From Marsupella aquatica (taxonomy: Eukaryota; Plantae; Marchantiophyta), in the NCBI GenBank assembly GCA_973895155.1, contig OZ316895.1:20350803-20414802 (forward strand): a stretch of 64,000 nucleotides of DNA. The letters run 5' to 3'. The position numbers were made by a program, and so were the translations under genes. This document shows positions 49,495 through 63,837 of the stretch, in pieces (within the stretch, counting starts at the first letter, position 1; each line of letters begins with the position of its first letter). Below the pieces are notes generated by a model. It was not told where the DNA came from. It saw only the letters and a program-made list of their open reading frames with translations, and did not search any database.

Positions 49495-51183
49495 TTACTC
49501 TTCAGGAGTTGAAGTGTCAGGCTTCACCGATGTGGAGTCTACTGCTGGGTCAATGGAGTTGAGAGGGTTTGGCATGAAAGTGATACCTCCAAAGGTAGTA
49601 ATAAATGGTGAGGTTGGAATGGGTGGAAAATTGGGTGTAACTGTGGTAGAAGTGATATCAGGATCAGGAGAGTCAGCCCATCCTTCTGCTGGTGTCACCT
49701 ATGGAGATGGAACAGTGACCTTCTCTGCAAATTGAGTCTGCTCTCATCAGAAAGGTCATAGAATTTCTTCAGTTCAGCAAGGATAAGCTTGAGGGCAGAG
49801 AGGCATTCTTCCACCTTGTCACCATAGTCATGTGCAATTTGGATGACCAAGGGCATGAGAAGGGGATTGGGTACATCAATGAAGTACTGCCTGAATAGTT
49901 GGGTCTGTACCAGGTCCTCTCCCTTGGTTTCTACTAAGGGTTCCAGGTGATCCATAGCTCTGGAAATGTTATCGAAGAGTAGTTGCTCAGCTGTGGTTTC
50001 TCCTTTGCCTTGTGCAGCAACTGTTCAAGATGATAGTTTTTCTTCTTCTCTTCCTCTAATGACTTCTCTAGCTGCTCAATCTTGACCTTGTTCTCATCTC
50101 CTTTCATTAGGTCCTCCACTTTCTTCACAAGGTCAGCAGGAGCTACACCAGTCACCTGGGAGAGCCTTGAGAGCACTGGTTCCATGATTCCCATCTTGGT
50201 CTTGATGGCCAAAAGATCCTTGAATAAACAAGAAAAATGGTGTAAGGTAGAGTGGGAAAGACCGGCTGAAGAGGTAGTAGCGCCACTCATCGGGTAGGAA
50301 ATCGGGTCAGAAACCGGTTCAGAAGCCGGATCAGAAGCCGGTTCAGCTTTGTCAAGCTTCCTCTTCCTGGTTGGCCCTACAAAGTCAATCTCTTCCGACT
50401 CTGGGTCATCTTCAGACTCTAGTAAGTTCTGAAGTTTTGGATCCAAGACTCCATATTTCACATAGCTGCTCTTGGTGCCAAATGCACTCTTCTCATGTTT
50501 GAATAAGGTTTGGTCATGAGAGTAGAGATGTACCAAGTAACATGCAGGAGAGAGCAGTGGGTGCTCTGTTGGACAGGGCGGAGACCTGCTTCTCTAGAAC
50601 ACTTGAGAAGATAGTGGCCCATGACACCTCTTTGGTTTTGAAGAAGGAAGCAATGATAGTACTTCCTACTTTAAGAATCACCCTCCTTGGTTTCTCTGGA
50701 TAGATGAGGGGGACTAGGAATGCCGTCACGTTCTTGAGGTCCTTGTGAGTACACTGGTTGATGGTCCATCCTTCTTTGGCATCCATCTTGCCACCAAAGT
50801 ATTCCACTGTGAGATTCTCTCCTCTGGGACAGAAACCACTCCCTTTCACTGGTAGTTGTAAAGCTTCTCCAACGAATGCCTTAGTCCAAGCTTCTGGTCG
50901 AGCTCGTGCAGTCTTCTGAAATTCTGTGGGAGGAACTTCTGCCAGCACTTCCCTCATCATGTCTTCACTCAGAAATCCCCAAGTAAGATCCATCAAGGAG
51001 GCACAACCCATTAGTGTAAGATCTTGTTGGAGCTGTTCCTTCTCAGCTGCATCAGTAGGAATGAGGGGTCTCAAGGGCTTCATGGTGATCTGAGCCTCCT
51101 TCCTCTTCGAACGTCGTACTTCAAAGCTTTACTGGAGTCCCACTCTGAGTCTTGGAAGAAGGACTGCTCTTGGCACTCTTCAT
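49495..51183 (-). pseudogene. Decayed TE-associated ORF (plant-transposon-protein-like domain plus coiled coil), probably retroelement cargo
   Basis: LMDLTWG...PEAWT...EGWTINQC...FLVPLIYPEKPRRV...VSWATIF...HLY followed by a coiled coil. Frameshifts at ~50520 and ~49950. Same overall architecture as the ORF at 14.6-18 kb; intronless and flanked by AT-rich DNA. Confidence 0.55.
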
Positions 51184-52419
51184 AATGTCTGGTAGATGGG
51201 GTAGCAAACAGATTTGAACCGGTGAGGGCAGAAGGTAGGAGCTAGAAGTGAATATAGCCTCTATAATTACTCTCTTGCGCATATCAGCCAACCTTCTCCA
51301 TCTCAGCACACTTTCAGCGAAAACGAACATCCAACAAGCGAGATATAGCAGAAACCGGTTTGTCACCGGTTGAGTTCCGGTTCAGAAACCGGCTCAAGCC
51401 CCGGAAATAGACAACTATCAAAACAGGGGGCCTTAGCGCCAATCTCCACATCCCCAGCCTTCCCTCCAAGCGTAGGAGTAGGTTGCCACCTCAAACGAGT
51501 CCGTCAAGGCTCTCTTATACCTTTATCTCACAGAAACTAGAATGGTCCTATAATCCGGACCCAAGATCCTCAACCGGAAGGGAAGAGTCTCCTTTCACTA
51601 CTGTTTCGATAAGCCTATTCACTCGGGAGCTCAAAACTTACTCTGTTCAGCTTTGAGAGGTGTGAGAAGAGCAAAACCGGTTTGGCCTTAAGAGGGATTT
51701 CGGCTCACTGTCAAGAGTCCAATGCTTATGGGTTTTCCCCAGGACGAAGAGCGTAGCCTCGGCTTCAAGAACCTGGTGTTAGATTTTCTTGATAGCGTCC
51801 GGAGACGATTTTATGGCTTCCGGTTCATGGTCCGGTTTCCTTCTCTTACCAAGAAATACTTTCTTCCGGTTGAGCCTCTTTTCCTTCTCTTAGTCTCTTG
51901 AATGGTTGTTAGACTTTCAATACTGGTTTACTTAGCATTTAAGGTTCTTCTTTCCCGCTTCAAAGGCAAATTTTTAAAAATTTTCCACTTTCTTTATTCC
52001 TTTCTTCTTAACCATGTTATCACATTTAACATTGTGTATATTTTGGGGTACCAAGTGCAATCCTAGCTTAATATAAATACACCTATATTAGAAAAATTAT
52101 TTTCTATATTTAAGATTAATTACTTATTTTACTTTTTGAATGTATAAACAAAATAATATTCTATGAATATGAGTCTATATACATTCTTTAATATATGCAT
52201 ATATATATGTTTTGAAAAAATTTAACTAATTTCCATAAAAATATCTATTGTAAATTGCACATGATTCCTACAAATTTTGATAGTCTACCCCCAAGGTTGT
52301 AATGAGTATCCAACTTGTAGCATAGGCATGTGCATCTGCAATGACTTTTTCCAAAAAGCAAAAAGAAAATAGTTGAAGTTCATGAAGAGTTACAATTATC
52401 TATCAGCTGATGATATGAA

Positions 52420-53519
52420 CCTGGCTGATGGGTGATGGAACTTGGGTGATGGGTGATTTTATAATAAAGGTAGACAAAAACTATTGAAATGAAAAACTCC
52501 GGAGGGGCGTGTTCAAGCTCATAAAGACATGAAATGGAAAATAAACAACATAAGACAAGTTTTTGAGTCACAAAGATGGCTATTTTGAAGTGTTAGCTTC
52601 TTATGTTAATAGTGGCAATAAAAAACATACTCGTTGTGGATAGTACTCATGTAAATGTTGGAGCGGGTGCTATAGGTTGGTATATAATTGTTTTTGAAAT
52701 CATTTATATGAGAAAATGATATATATATTTTTTTCATGCTATATTAAACACATTTTTCACTGATTTGATTTTTAGTTTATTAATTCATTCAAAAGTGTAT
52801 TCTGAAAAGTTTGATTTTTACTCTACTTTTTGCCCAATTTTTTGTCGTCTCCATTTTTAGTTTCAACTCTTCAAGTAGCGATTTTTCTTCACTCTATATA
52901 TATTTTTTGTATTTTTATTTTTTGTATACACATTGAAAATAATTTGAACATCTGAAAAACATTAGTCTGAAAATAAAGTAAAATCTCTAGAATTTCATTT
53001 GGTTGGGTCCCTGTCCATTCCGATCGTAAGTAGCTAGTTACATTAGAAATAAAAACTCTAGATTTATGTGGCATGGGAGTTGAAGAGTCTTAAGTCAAAG
53101 GAAGAGACATGACTTTTTGCTTGACCAATCAAAAACATGTTTGTCAATTTTGGGACAAAAGCCAATTTTTTGGAATGGTCATCCCTTGCGGCTCTCAAAA
53201 TATAGAAGCTAATGAAGTCTTTTTGTAACTTTTTGGATGTACAAGCTATGCAACTATTTCAAGCCTGATTAAATAGTAAAAGATAGAATAGCTCGCAAAA
53301 GAGCAACCATAGCTCTTAACAATATATTCTAAGAATGGAACTCGGCTGATGGATGATTTTGCGATAGAGATGAAGACTATGCATAGATAAATTTTTGAGG
53401 GGCATGTCCAAGTTCAGAAGGACATGAAGTGAAAACTAGATAGCATATGAGAAGTATTAGAGTCAGACTTCATGCCTTCCATTCCTGCAGACGGTTATTT
53501 TGAGATCTTAGCTTCTTAT
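52420..53519. repeat. Old diverged direct repeat pair (~52420-52603 and ~53335-53519)
   Basis: Shared skeleton ggctgatgg.tgatttt...gaggggc.tgt.caag.tca...gacatgaa.tg.aaa...gagtca...gg.tattttga...ttagcttcttat. Confidence 0.7.
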
Positions 53520-54189
53520 TTAGAAGCAAACAGAGTAGTGCATAACAAATTTAGCAAAGAGAAACTTGATGACATCATTGAAAAATTGAGCTTCAATTAG
53601 ACAATTGAAGATTGTCAATACATTAGACAGTTTGCAGAGGATATCCCTAAAGAAATATTGTAAAGTGATTGTGTGTATTATAAAGGGCCATTTATTTGTG
53701 GAAATAGAAATCTGTTTGTTTCTCAATTAGTTAAAGAATTCTGATAGATGTCTATGCATTGGCCAATGGTTTCCACTCAATAGTGATATCATGTTTTTCA
53801 TCACAGCACTATCAGAATCTTTAATGCAATGATTCCAACTCAATTATGATTTTTTGTTTGTTTGAGAACAGCACTATCAGATACCTGGGTTTCGTCTAGA
53901 GAGTTATATCATAGTTGATTGATCTCGCTGCTAATGATGAACTCACCAAGAAAGACCAATGCACTATCTCCAGATTGCATCCTAGAATTCTGGAAAATTA
54001 TGGAGTAAATCATATTCTAGTTGGCCGGAAGCACTCAATACAAAACCCTTTCAATAAATTCAAACTCTCTTAGTTTCTAGCTTGTTGGAAGCTCTATGCC
54101 TTATGAAGCTGACGGTACTCAATTCTAGCAGAGTGAATTCTATCCGTTCTAGGCTATCTTGAGCAGGCTATTGGACATCTTAAAATAAA

Positions 54190-54357
54190 CGGAGCATGCA
54201 ATTCCTTGGATGCACATTGGCAGCAGGTCCAGGCAAATTGAAATCGACTCCAATTTTGCCAGTCTAGTCAGCTATAGATAGAGTAAATTCTAGGAGCCGG
54301 ATACTATCGGACAAGTCACCTCCCTTCCCTTGAACTTGGGTAACAATCATGTTCATT
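54190..54357. repeat. Dispersed ~165-bp repeat; second copy at 63669-63837
   Basis: cttggatgcacattggcagcaggtccaggcaaattgaaat...agtaaattctaggagc...ggacaagtcacctcccttccctt..acttgg.taacaatcatgttcat is present in both places in the same orientation. Confidence 0.9.
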
Positions 54358-55729
54358 AACCAAAATATATATATCACACTGCCGAGCGCCAAACCAAGAG
54401 ACATGATCCCAAAGGCAAAAGAACCCAATAAAGGGGGGGGGGGGGGGGGAGGGAAAGACCCCAAGAAGACCAAAGAGGCCCAACAAGTCAAGGAGCAACC
54501 CACAAAAACTAAAAATCAAAACAACAAACTAAAAACCCTACTAAGCGGTACATTGAAAAGCTTGGTAGAGCTCAACAGTAAACCGCATAGGAGGGTCATG
54601 AAGGAGACTCTGATAGAGACCCTAAACCAATTGCCTCGGCCCTACAAAGAATAGTGAAAGCCTGGGCCCTCGCAAGTGCCACCGACACTCTCTGTCAGAA
54701 GAAGGCCATGAGGACAGAAACAGGGGGGAAAAGGTCTCCACTCAATACAAAACATAGCACATGCCAAAGAAAGTGATCAAAACTAGGGTGGGGAGCACCC
54801 AAGATCTCAAGGGCAGAGGGGTAAAAGACTCCCACTAACTCCAAGTGATGCCTTTTGACTCCTATGCCCCGGTTCTTGTTTGGTATTTGCGTGCGCAAGG
54901 TGTGGTTCGAGAGCAATTACGCGGCCACCACTACCATGACACCTCTCATGGTTATCCCTCTGCACCTTGTCCCCTTGCCGTGGTTCCTACTTCCTACCCT
55001 GCGCTATGGGCCTTTTCTCTCGGCTTCAGCTCTATTCCCGACACGGGAATGGGGCAAGCTCGTAGGGATATTATTTGGTCGGGATCGCTGTTCGTGAATA
55101 ACTACTGGCATTCATAACCATTCCATTCGGGGCTATGGGACAAATAATAATGGAAAAAAATGAGTGGCGCTTGCTATCTTTTGTATCTACTTCCCAAATT
55201 TCCTTGGCAGACGTGCTTCCTCTGGGCCAATCGAGTCATTACCTTAGAAGATAATCGCTCCTATTCTCCACACACTGAAACCCCTAGTCAGTGTCGCCAA
55301 CCCCTGTACTTCCTTCGAATCATCCCATCGACAGCAAAGGGATACCCTCCACTCTCCCTCGCTCCGCTGGATCCTGGAGAACGATCGCTGCTCCCCTGCT
55401 TCGCTGCGAGCTGCTGAGAATTATCAGGCTGCGAGCTGCGAGCTGCGAGCTTCTCCCCTCGCTGAAGCTGCTTTCCAACGCTCGCGAGCCTCTCCCCTCC
55501 GCTCAAGCTGCTCCCCTCTGCTCAATATTGGAGTGTTGTGAACTACGCTTCTGCAGTCTGGCAGAATGCTGATGGACCAAGCTGGCAGGTCGAAGAACTG
55601 ATCGCCGAATTTAAACTGATCGCCAAAACGAAGCAAGCACGAGAGTATGCGATTTTGGTGCTGAAATCCGGGTACGCCCAGCCGCAACCGTCAAATTGTC
55701 TAAGGTGGAGCTGAATTTGAGCAGCAAGT

Positions 55730-58700
55730 ATGGTAGCTCTCATGGTCGCTGCCACGGCGACTTGCATCGACCATGAGAACTACTTTGGTATCCGAGCTGT
55801 TCTTCTAGCACGGCCCCCGTCTACAACTCTCCACGGGAGCCTGCAGGTGGTATCTTTTGCCCAACCCACCAAGACTTGCACATCTAAGGATGCGCTGAAA
55901 GGGGAGAGGATCCGAGATGCAAAAATTTCCTACAAATTCTTGCCCACATGTGGTAATTTCTCTCATAGACTGGGAACTGGAACTGGAGCTGGAGGACTGG
56001 TGGGGTATGCAGCAGATAGCGAGAGGCGGGAGGTTAAGAATAGGCGAAGCGCAGCTCAAGAAACACTGGACATGCTTGGGTGGTCTTCTCTGTGCGATAC
56101 CGTTGCTGGATTTGCATCCACAGCTACGGGCAAGGAGCTCTGTCGCGGGTTGACACCACCTCCGACGAAGGAAGAGAGCCAAGTACTGCTAGATGAGACC
56201 TCTGCTGGACTGGAGATTGACAGCATTCTAGGTGGAGTACTTGATTTTGGAGCTGATTTTGGAGCTCTTCAAACCTTGATTGTATGATATCGAACCTATG
56301 TGTCCCTTTTTCTGCTCTTGCAGTCTAAAATGCATTCTCAAAAATAAGTATTTGTACCGAAGCAGGTTTAAGGAATTCCTGTGACCCGTCTTTCTGTGCC
56401 GTTCCTACTTTATTACATATACCTTGTAAATAAAGTCTCTGCTGGACACAGACTCGAAGTTCTCAAATTCATGTGTCCCCTTTTTCTGCTCATTTGTAGT
56501 CTCTCGGCAACAATCCATCTTTCGTAAGCTGCACGCAGAATTGAAGTTATTGAATTGAAGCAAAGAAAAAAATGTTAACATAAGAACAAGAAAGGAGCTG
56601 CCATAAGATCCTTGACTTTTTAAAGCGATTCATTTACTCATAATACCATACTCTCTGCCAGTGCATATTCATCTCAAGTTATTGGAATCAAGACGGGGCT
56701 CTATTGTGCAGCATCCATATTTCCTGCCTCATTTCAGTCTGGTCGTCTGTTCCTGTGGCAGATAAAGAGTGGCCTGGATCGGGTAAGCAGGGGCATGGAT
56801 GTATCAGGACAGGAGCTGGCAGCCATTGCGACTCTTTTACAGGTTGCTCTGACACTGCAACGTGGAATTGCTCCTTTCCTTGAGGAATCCAAAGGCAACA
56901 AAGGTCTGTTACAGCCGATCGTAAAGCTGCTGGAGCCAATGGTTGTCCATCAAGAAATCATGAAATTAATTTGGAGTAAAGTAGACGAGGATGGCACTGT
57001 GAAGGACACTGCGAGTCCTCAGCTCCGACAAGCTCGCATTCAAGCGCGCACACTTGAACAGAGGCTTCAAGAACTACTAAATAAACTTGCTCGAGAGAAT
57101 TCAGCACCTGGACGTGAACAGGAGGTCATAGATGTTGATGGTAGACTTTGTCTCACGGTCACCGCAGGCACAGCAGGTTCAGTCCCTGGATTGCTTTTTC
57201 AACGTGGAACTACAGCGTATTTAGAGCCATCACAGGCCGTCACTCTCAATAGCAAATTATCAGAAGCACGTTTGGAGGTGCAGAGTGCCGAGCGAGCTGT
57301 GTTATCTGGGATTGCTGCAAAGGTTGGGTCTCAATTCCATGATATTAATTTTGTTCTTGAGATAATTGTGCGGCTGGATGTCATAGCAGCTCGTGGAAAG
57401 TACAGTTCCTGGATTGGTGGCCGAAAACCTGAACTCGTTGACAGTAATCATGGAACCAAAAACGTGAAAGATGATGCCGATGTAAATCAGGACCATCGGT
57501 TCCTCATGAACCTGAAAAAGCTTCGGCATCCTTTGCTGGTAGAGCAATACCACCATGCCGTACGTAAGGCCAAAGCCAAGTTGAAGGGGAAGACAAAGTT
57601 GCTGAGTAGGACGAGGGTACGGGGCACTTCAACCACGACTACTCTGGATCAAGTCAAACTTGCAATTGCAGAGGCGGAAGTGGAGGTTGCAGCAGCAGAA
57701 GAAAGAGCCCCAGTGCCCATAGATGTCCGAGTAAGTTCACATACTAGGGTGGTGGCAATCACTGGTCCCAATGCTGGAGGCAAAACAGCAGCCATAAAGG
57801 CTGTCGGTCTGGCAGCTTTGATGACCAAAGTTGGTCTTTATGTGCTTGCCATGGATCCAGTATACATACCGTGGTTTGACGCAGTCTTTGCTGATATTGG
57901 TGATGAGCAATCGTTGGGCCAGTCACTTTCAACATTCTCTGGGCACTTGACTCGCATAAAACGTATTATCTCAGAATCAACAAAACAGTCATTGGTATTG
58001 TTGGATGAGTTAAGTGCAGGCACGGATCCAACAGAAGGGGCAGCATTGGGCATGGCATTACTCGAGTCTTTTGCAGCAGGTGGATCCCTGTTAACTCTGG
58101 CAACTACCCACCATGGAGAACTGAAGACCCTCAAGTACAGCGACCCTAGGTTTGAGAACGCATGTGTAGAGTTTGATGAGGAGAACCTGGCTCCAACCTA
58201 CAAGCTGCTTTGGGGCATACCAGGTCGGTCAAATGCTATTAATCTAGCCAGGAGACATGGGCTACCAGATGCAATTCTTTCCAGTGCGCAGAGCCTTTAC
58301 GGAGCTGCGAGTGCAGAATTGAATGAGGTAATTATGAAGTTGGAGGGAGCAAAGGTGGACTTTGATCAAAGTCGGGAAGTCTCGGAGATCTTAGTTGATG
58401 AGATGAAAGAATTGTATACACAGCTGGTTGCATCTGCTGAACGCCTCTATGAGCATAGCACGGTCCTTCATGAGGTGAAGTGCGAGCAATTAGCTACAAT
58501 TGCTAGTGCTGCCCATTTAAGGCTAGGTGGAATGGCCAGGACTCAACCTCAAAGTATGTCAAAGCAATTGGGTGGGCAGATGACACTCACACAGAGGCAG
58601 CCTATTGTACAGAAAGAACTTGGAACAGGTACAATCACTCGAACCGTGCTTCAACCCTTTGCGAGTTGTGCTGCCCTCCACTTCCTTTTGTCCAGTTGGT

Positions 58701-58968
58701 CCTTTTTGTTAAAGATTCACCTAGCAAGACTTTCAGCACAGGTAGCCTTATCTGCAATCTTGAAATTCTTTATCTACTTTGTGTAGATGGACAGGTACCC
58801 GATGCTGGACAACGTATAGATGGACAGATGCCTAGAATTGGAGAACTTGTATATGTGCCGAAGCTAGGTAGGAATGCAAAGGTGGTTTGGGTGAATACGA
58901 CAAGGAAAGAAGTCACAGTGCAATCTGGGTTCCTCCAGGTCAAGATTGACTTGAAGGAACTGCAATGA
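55730..58968 (+). CDS. MutS2: MutS2-family ATPase lacking the Smr domain (plant MutS2B-like, probably plastid-targeted), ~866 aa; exons 55730-56281, 56762-58628, 58787-58968
   Basis: ETLDMLGW, VKDTASPQL, LRHPLL, Walker A ITGPNAGGKT, FADIGDEQSL.QSLSTFSGH, Walker B LVLLDE..AGTDP.EG, ATTH, PTYKLLWGIPGRSNA. Ends in a KOW-like domain (IGELVYVPKLG..AKV). The N-terminal extension is transit-peptide-like. Confidence 0.93.
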
Positions 58969-61734
58969 TCTCACAGTAAATATGGCAGTACCTTGTGAGG
59001 AAATCTGGCTTTTAGAATCCAATTTAATTCAGTTCAATTCAAAATGGTTGGGACCCAATTTTTGGCAAAGGGTAGCAGCAGCCGCTCCTCTCAAACCTGA
59101 ACCCAAACCAGCACCTACGACGAAAATGAGCTGAACCTTCACCATCCTGTGCTGCCTCATGACTGCTTCCATGGAGATGCTGGTCGGATGACGGGAGTAC
59201 CGTCCTTTCTTAGGACAATGGCTGGCTCTGTACAGAGTTGTTGCGGCAGCCGAAGACTACCACAAGATTAAGATATTGGTGTTGTTAAGGACAATGTAGC
59301 ATATCAAATGATGATTGCACTACGCGTTGCATTGGAGGAAAGGCTATATCTATTAATTTTGGATGATCTCGAAGCGGTGGAAGGGGGAAGGCTTCAATTC
59401 GTTTGGTGGAGACGACGGCTCTAGTTTGCCTGTCTGCTGACATCTGCGACGCTGGTTGTTTCTAGTTGTTCCCTTTTCCTGCTGCGCGTGGAGGCAGAAT
59501 CCTGTCACGCACGATCGAGGGAGGTCAGAGAACGGCGGTGTGGCAAGGTGACCTGGTGCCTCATTCAACCCACGCATAAATTCTGGGGAGCTTTGCTGTT
59601 AGACGCATCGAATACTGATTCGTAGTTTAAGTTATAGTGCAGCAACTTCTCACTGACAGCATTCAGGATGACAGAATTCTTTCTTTTCTTTGTCACGAAC
59701 AGTACAGTAAGCTCTTCAATCTCCTTACAGAATGCTTCTTTAGGTTCCAAAATTTCTAGAGCTTCTCGCGCACAAAAAGCTCATAGAACGAGTTACTTTA
59801 CGAGTGATTCAGCAAGGTTAGACTCATTCTGAGCTCAACCTAGTGACAGACTCCAGGATTTAAGCAAACGAAGAATTGAAGCAGCAATAGCGGTGCATGG
59901 CTATCTGAAGTCCATCAACTCGTTCTGCCATATCGTGGTGGGAACTGAGACAGCGCTGTGATTTGAGTGCTTTCCTCGAAACCTATACCCTACATCCAGT
60001 GGTCATGGAGCAGATGGATAGAATGATTACACAGATACGTTCATTAAATGCAAATACAATTCTGGATCGTAGATTGTCAGATTTAAAGCGCAAAGATGCA
60101 GGGATACCCCGTCGTGTGTAATATTGAATCCGGGAAAGCTGTAACAAAGCACAGAGCTCTACAGTATGGTGACGTTATTGAATGCGCTCAGTTTACCTAG
60201 AATAATGTTCATGAGATATGTGCTTGGTAGGAGCCCTGGACATGTCCTTCGTGTGACCCCAAAAGTTAAATGGTCTTTGTCGGTCTCATGGAACGGTACC
60301 ATCAACAGCGTGCCCCTGCTACCTATTTAGAAGGAAAAACCTTGTGTATTTCATTTTCCTTAACGAGGTCCTGTCTCTGTGGTGTAGATTTAGGAGATAG
60401 TGAATTTCAGCATGATATTTCGGATGGTGGGCGAACCCCCCTGTTACCATCCACCGCTCTGCAAGGATGGTTTAGTTAGTGAATGGGAATTGGGAGATGA
60501 TGATTTAGACGTGCCTGACGTTGAGGGAAGTCCCCTGTAGAGAGGTTAATTTGAGGCGCCGAGGAGAAAAAGCTGCTTCGGATGGCATGCACAAGAATGT
60601 CGAGAGTACAATTGTACTGCTAGTAATTGCTTAGCAGCAGAGAGCACTGCAGGTTTCTGCTAGTTCTGGACATCAATCCAGAAATAAGGGTTACAACTGC
60701 ATCTACCGAATCCCTTCGCCCAGATCGTCGAGCCTCTTTACAAAGCCATTCATGAGAACAGTGCCTCATGCTGATCTATTTCTCTCGTACCCCTTTGCAA
60801 GAAATGCGTAACTCGTACGAGGGATGATAAAACCCTGGTCGGTTTCTGCCAGAAATGACTACTTGTCCTCTTTGACGATTATTCATTGATCCCTACAAGA
60901 TTTGATCGGAAACGTTGTCTCTCAGACTAAATGCTTATCTCGAGCTGAGATCTTTAATTTTTGGTTATTATGTAAATTCTAGTGCTGGGAGCTGATCTGG
61001 AGCTCTTGCTCTTGGGCTTCAACTAGCTCTTGCGCCGAGGTCTTGAAATTAGTGTGCAAGACGTGTAAAGTGTTAGTAACGCCACAGGTGGTTAATTAGC
61101 GGCGCATGTCCATTACAGCATACATTGCTTGACGTTCTAGCTTTCACCTTTTGGTGTTAGGGAGGCTCTAAAACTTGTGCTAATGGAACTTTGGTCTTCG
61201 TCCTTCCAGGTCCATCCTACTTAATAGACTGTTGTTTTGCACAACTCTGTTGATTTCAAGGGGATTAAAATGGATTTGTCAAGAAAAACAAAAATATCGG
61301 GTAATGTAGCAAAACCTTCAATGGCTGATGACAGACTGTGTTCAGTTTTTGGTCTTCGGCCGGGAGGCTTGGTCTGAAATATGTGGTGATAGAACAAACT
61401 AAGGAACTAGTTTATAGATTGAAGTACTGAAATTATTAGTAGCAAAACTATGCAATTGTTAACAACAAAAGTACCTGAATTACTTGGGGGGGGGGGGAGG
61501 GGGGTGGTGTGGGTTCTAAAATTAGTGGGAGCGCAACAAACTATGGCAACTGGTGACGCTGAAGCACAGAAGTACTTGAATTGCTGGCCTATGGGGAGGT
61601 CTAAAATGTGTGGTAGTGGAAGAAACTATGCAACGGCTGACCGATTGAATTGTTGGTCTGGATGAGGTTCCAAAAAACCTGGTATTGGAACTAACTGTGC
61701 AATGCTTGACGACAGAAGTAGGCTCTTGAATTGG

Positions 61735-62016
61735 TGGTCTTAAACCTTTGTTGACGAAACAAAACCGACATTATAAGCTTTACCCTTTATGGCCTAGTCC
61801 AGGTTGTTGAAGATATCTTACTGGACATGGCTTCTCCAATGGGCCTGTTTCTTGATTAGTCCACAGTTCAAAGATTGCTGGTCTTAAACCTTTGTTGACG
61901 AAACAAAACCGACATTATAAGCTTTACCCTAAAGGCTTAGTCCAGGTTGTTGAAGATAGCTTACTTGACATGGCTTCTCCAATGGGCCTGTTTCTTGATT
62001 AATCCAGAGTTCAAAG
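61735..62016. repeat. Tandem duplication of a ~143-bp unit, preceded by degenerate ~75-bp units at ~61510-61740
   Basis: tggtcttaaacctttgttgacgaaacaaaaccgacattataagctttaccct...gacatggcttctccaatgggcctgtttcttgatta..cca.agttcaaaga occurs twice. Confidence 0.92.
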
Positions 62017-63668
62017 AATAGATTTCTACGGATTGGGCCCAGGCTTTCATTCTCGTGACAGCAATATATATCAGTATTCTAGTAAGTTTCACCTCAAAAC
62101 ATAACCTTCAAGGCAATAAATTTCAAAAGATGAAACGAGAGTCTTAAACTCTATCTGCTTGGGGAAGAAACATATTGACAAACAACTACCTTATCGACGC
62201 AGTAAAATTTAGTGCACAGTCTTGCCTGGAGATTTTACTCCGAGAGATCTTGATCAGCGGTCCATGCAAGAATACACAGCACAACTACTGACTACGAGGG
62301 GATGAATGCAAACCTCAACAGACACCATCAATTTCTCGAGGAATGATATTGTCAAGAAAAGTCCGTAAAACTGATGTGAGTCGAGTTCCGCCATTTCCGG
62401 TAATCTCGCGCTAATGATGGTTTCAGCAAGAGGACCAATGTACCATCTCCTGGTGTGGACGCAGCCCCGCAATTATGGACGAACTACTTAGAACTTAAGC
62501 ATGGTCCGCCTGGTAGCATTCAATAACTCTTTGGACAAAGGCAACCTCTTCTATTGATCCGAAGTACATTCTTGAAGAGATGAGTTTAAAGGCTAAAAAT
62601 CCTCATCTGTACATCCTGACGGTCTTTATAAGATGGATCATTTACACAGGATTGTTCAACATCCAGAATTTATGCAAACGGATGGAAGGTCCAGCAGTGT
62701 CCAGGCAGTTTGAAACTTATTACATCCTTGCCTGTGCCTGAGCAAGGGTAAAAGCTAGGAGAGAGTTGGGCATGAAGGCTAGACACGACCACTCGATAAA
62801 TGCTCTCGAATCGGCTTGTTTCTTAATAGGGAAGAATTCTGATAGATTTCTGTCCTGGAGATTATCTCTGAGGTGTTTCATCGACGACTAGTGCAACTGT
62901 AGAGAATCATGATAACCAGTCACTCCCAGGCAATCAATCCGAATCTCTTTATGCAAACACCGTCAAAATCTTCAGTCCGAATGTTATTCAGCAAATTTAA
63001 GTTTGGCCTGCTGTGAGGCAAATACCGTGATTTTCGGTTGTCTCGTCACTGATGATGGAATTCAGCAAGAAGGACCGATGTACTTGGTCGGTTGCAGCCC
63101 AGAATTTTGGACAAACAATTCAGAGTGAAATCAAAATCCATGTGAAGGGAAATTAAGTGCTGGGAATGCTGTGTTTCCAAGGTCATTTTAAAGACCATAG
63201 ACAGCCTACTCGACAATCTCAACACTTAGTACTAGAAATGCTCTAGAATGGGGCCTATTTCTGAGAGTCCAATCATTCTGATAGATTTCCCCGAATTGGT
63301 CCATAATTCACGGTTCTAGACACTCATGTGGACTTTTCTTCTCGTGACATTCCAGGTCGTGAGTTATATAATGTTCAACAGATGAAAACAAGAATCTTAG
63401 AAATGTACTGGGTCCGAAGAAAATGTTTTGACAAACCACGTAATCGACACAGAAAATTGACAGCGCAGGGTGTCCAAATCCCTTGTTTGGTTGCCTTTTA
63501 GGAGGCTCAGTTTCTTTTCCTGGTACCGGCTTCCCTGCCCGGCCCTGGCACTTCGACCTTCTGGTCCTTTTGGGTGCTGCTCCTTTTTTGGGCCCCCTGT
63601 TTTGTATTCTGGCCATTTGAATGGATTTCGTATGGTTTTTCGAGGCAAAACAAAAAAAACAAAAAAAA

Positions 63669-63837
63669 CGGAGCAGAATGCGATTACTTGGATGCACATT
63701 GGCAGCAGGTCCAGGCAAATTGAAATTGACTGCAATTTCGCTAGTCCAGCGAACTATACACACAGTAAATTCTAGGAGCAGGATGCTGTTGGACAAGTCA
63801 CCTCCCTTCCCTTAACTTGGTTAACAATCATGTTCAT
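63669..63837. repeat. Dispersed ~165-bp repeat; partner of 54190-54357
   Basis: See 54190-54357. Confidence 0.9.
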
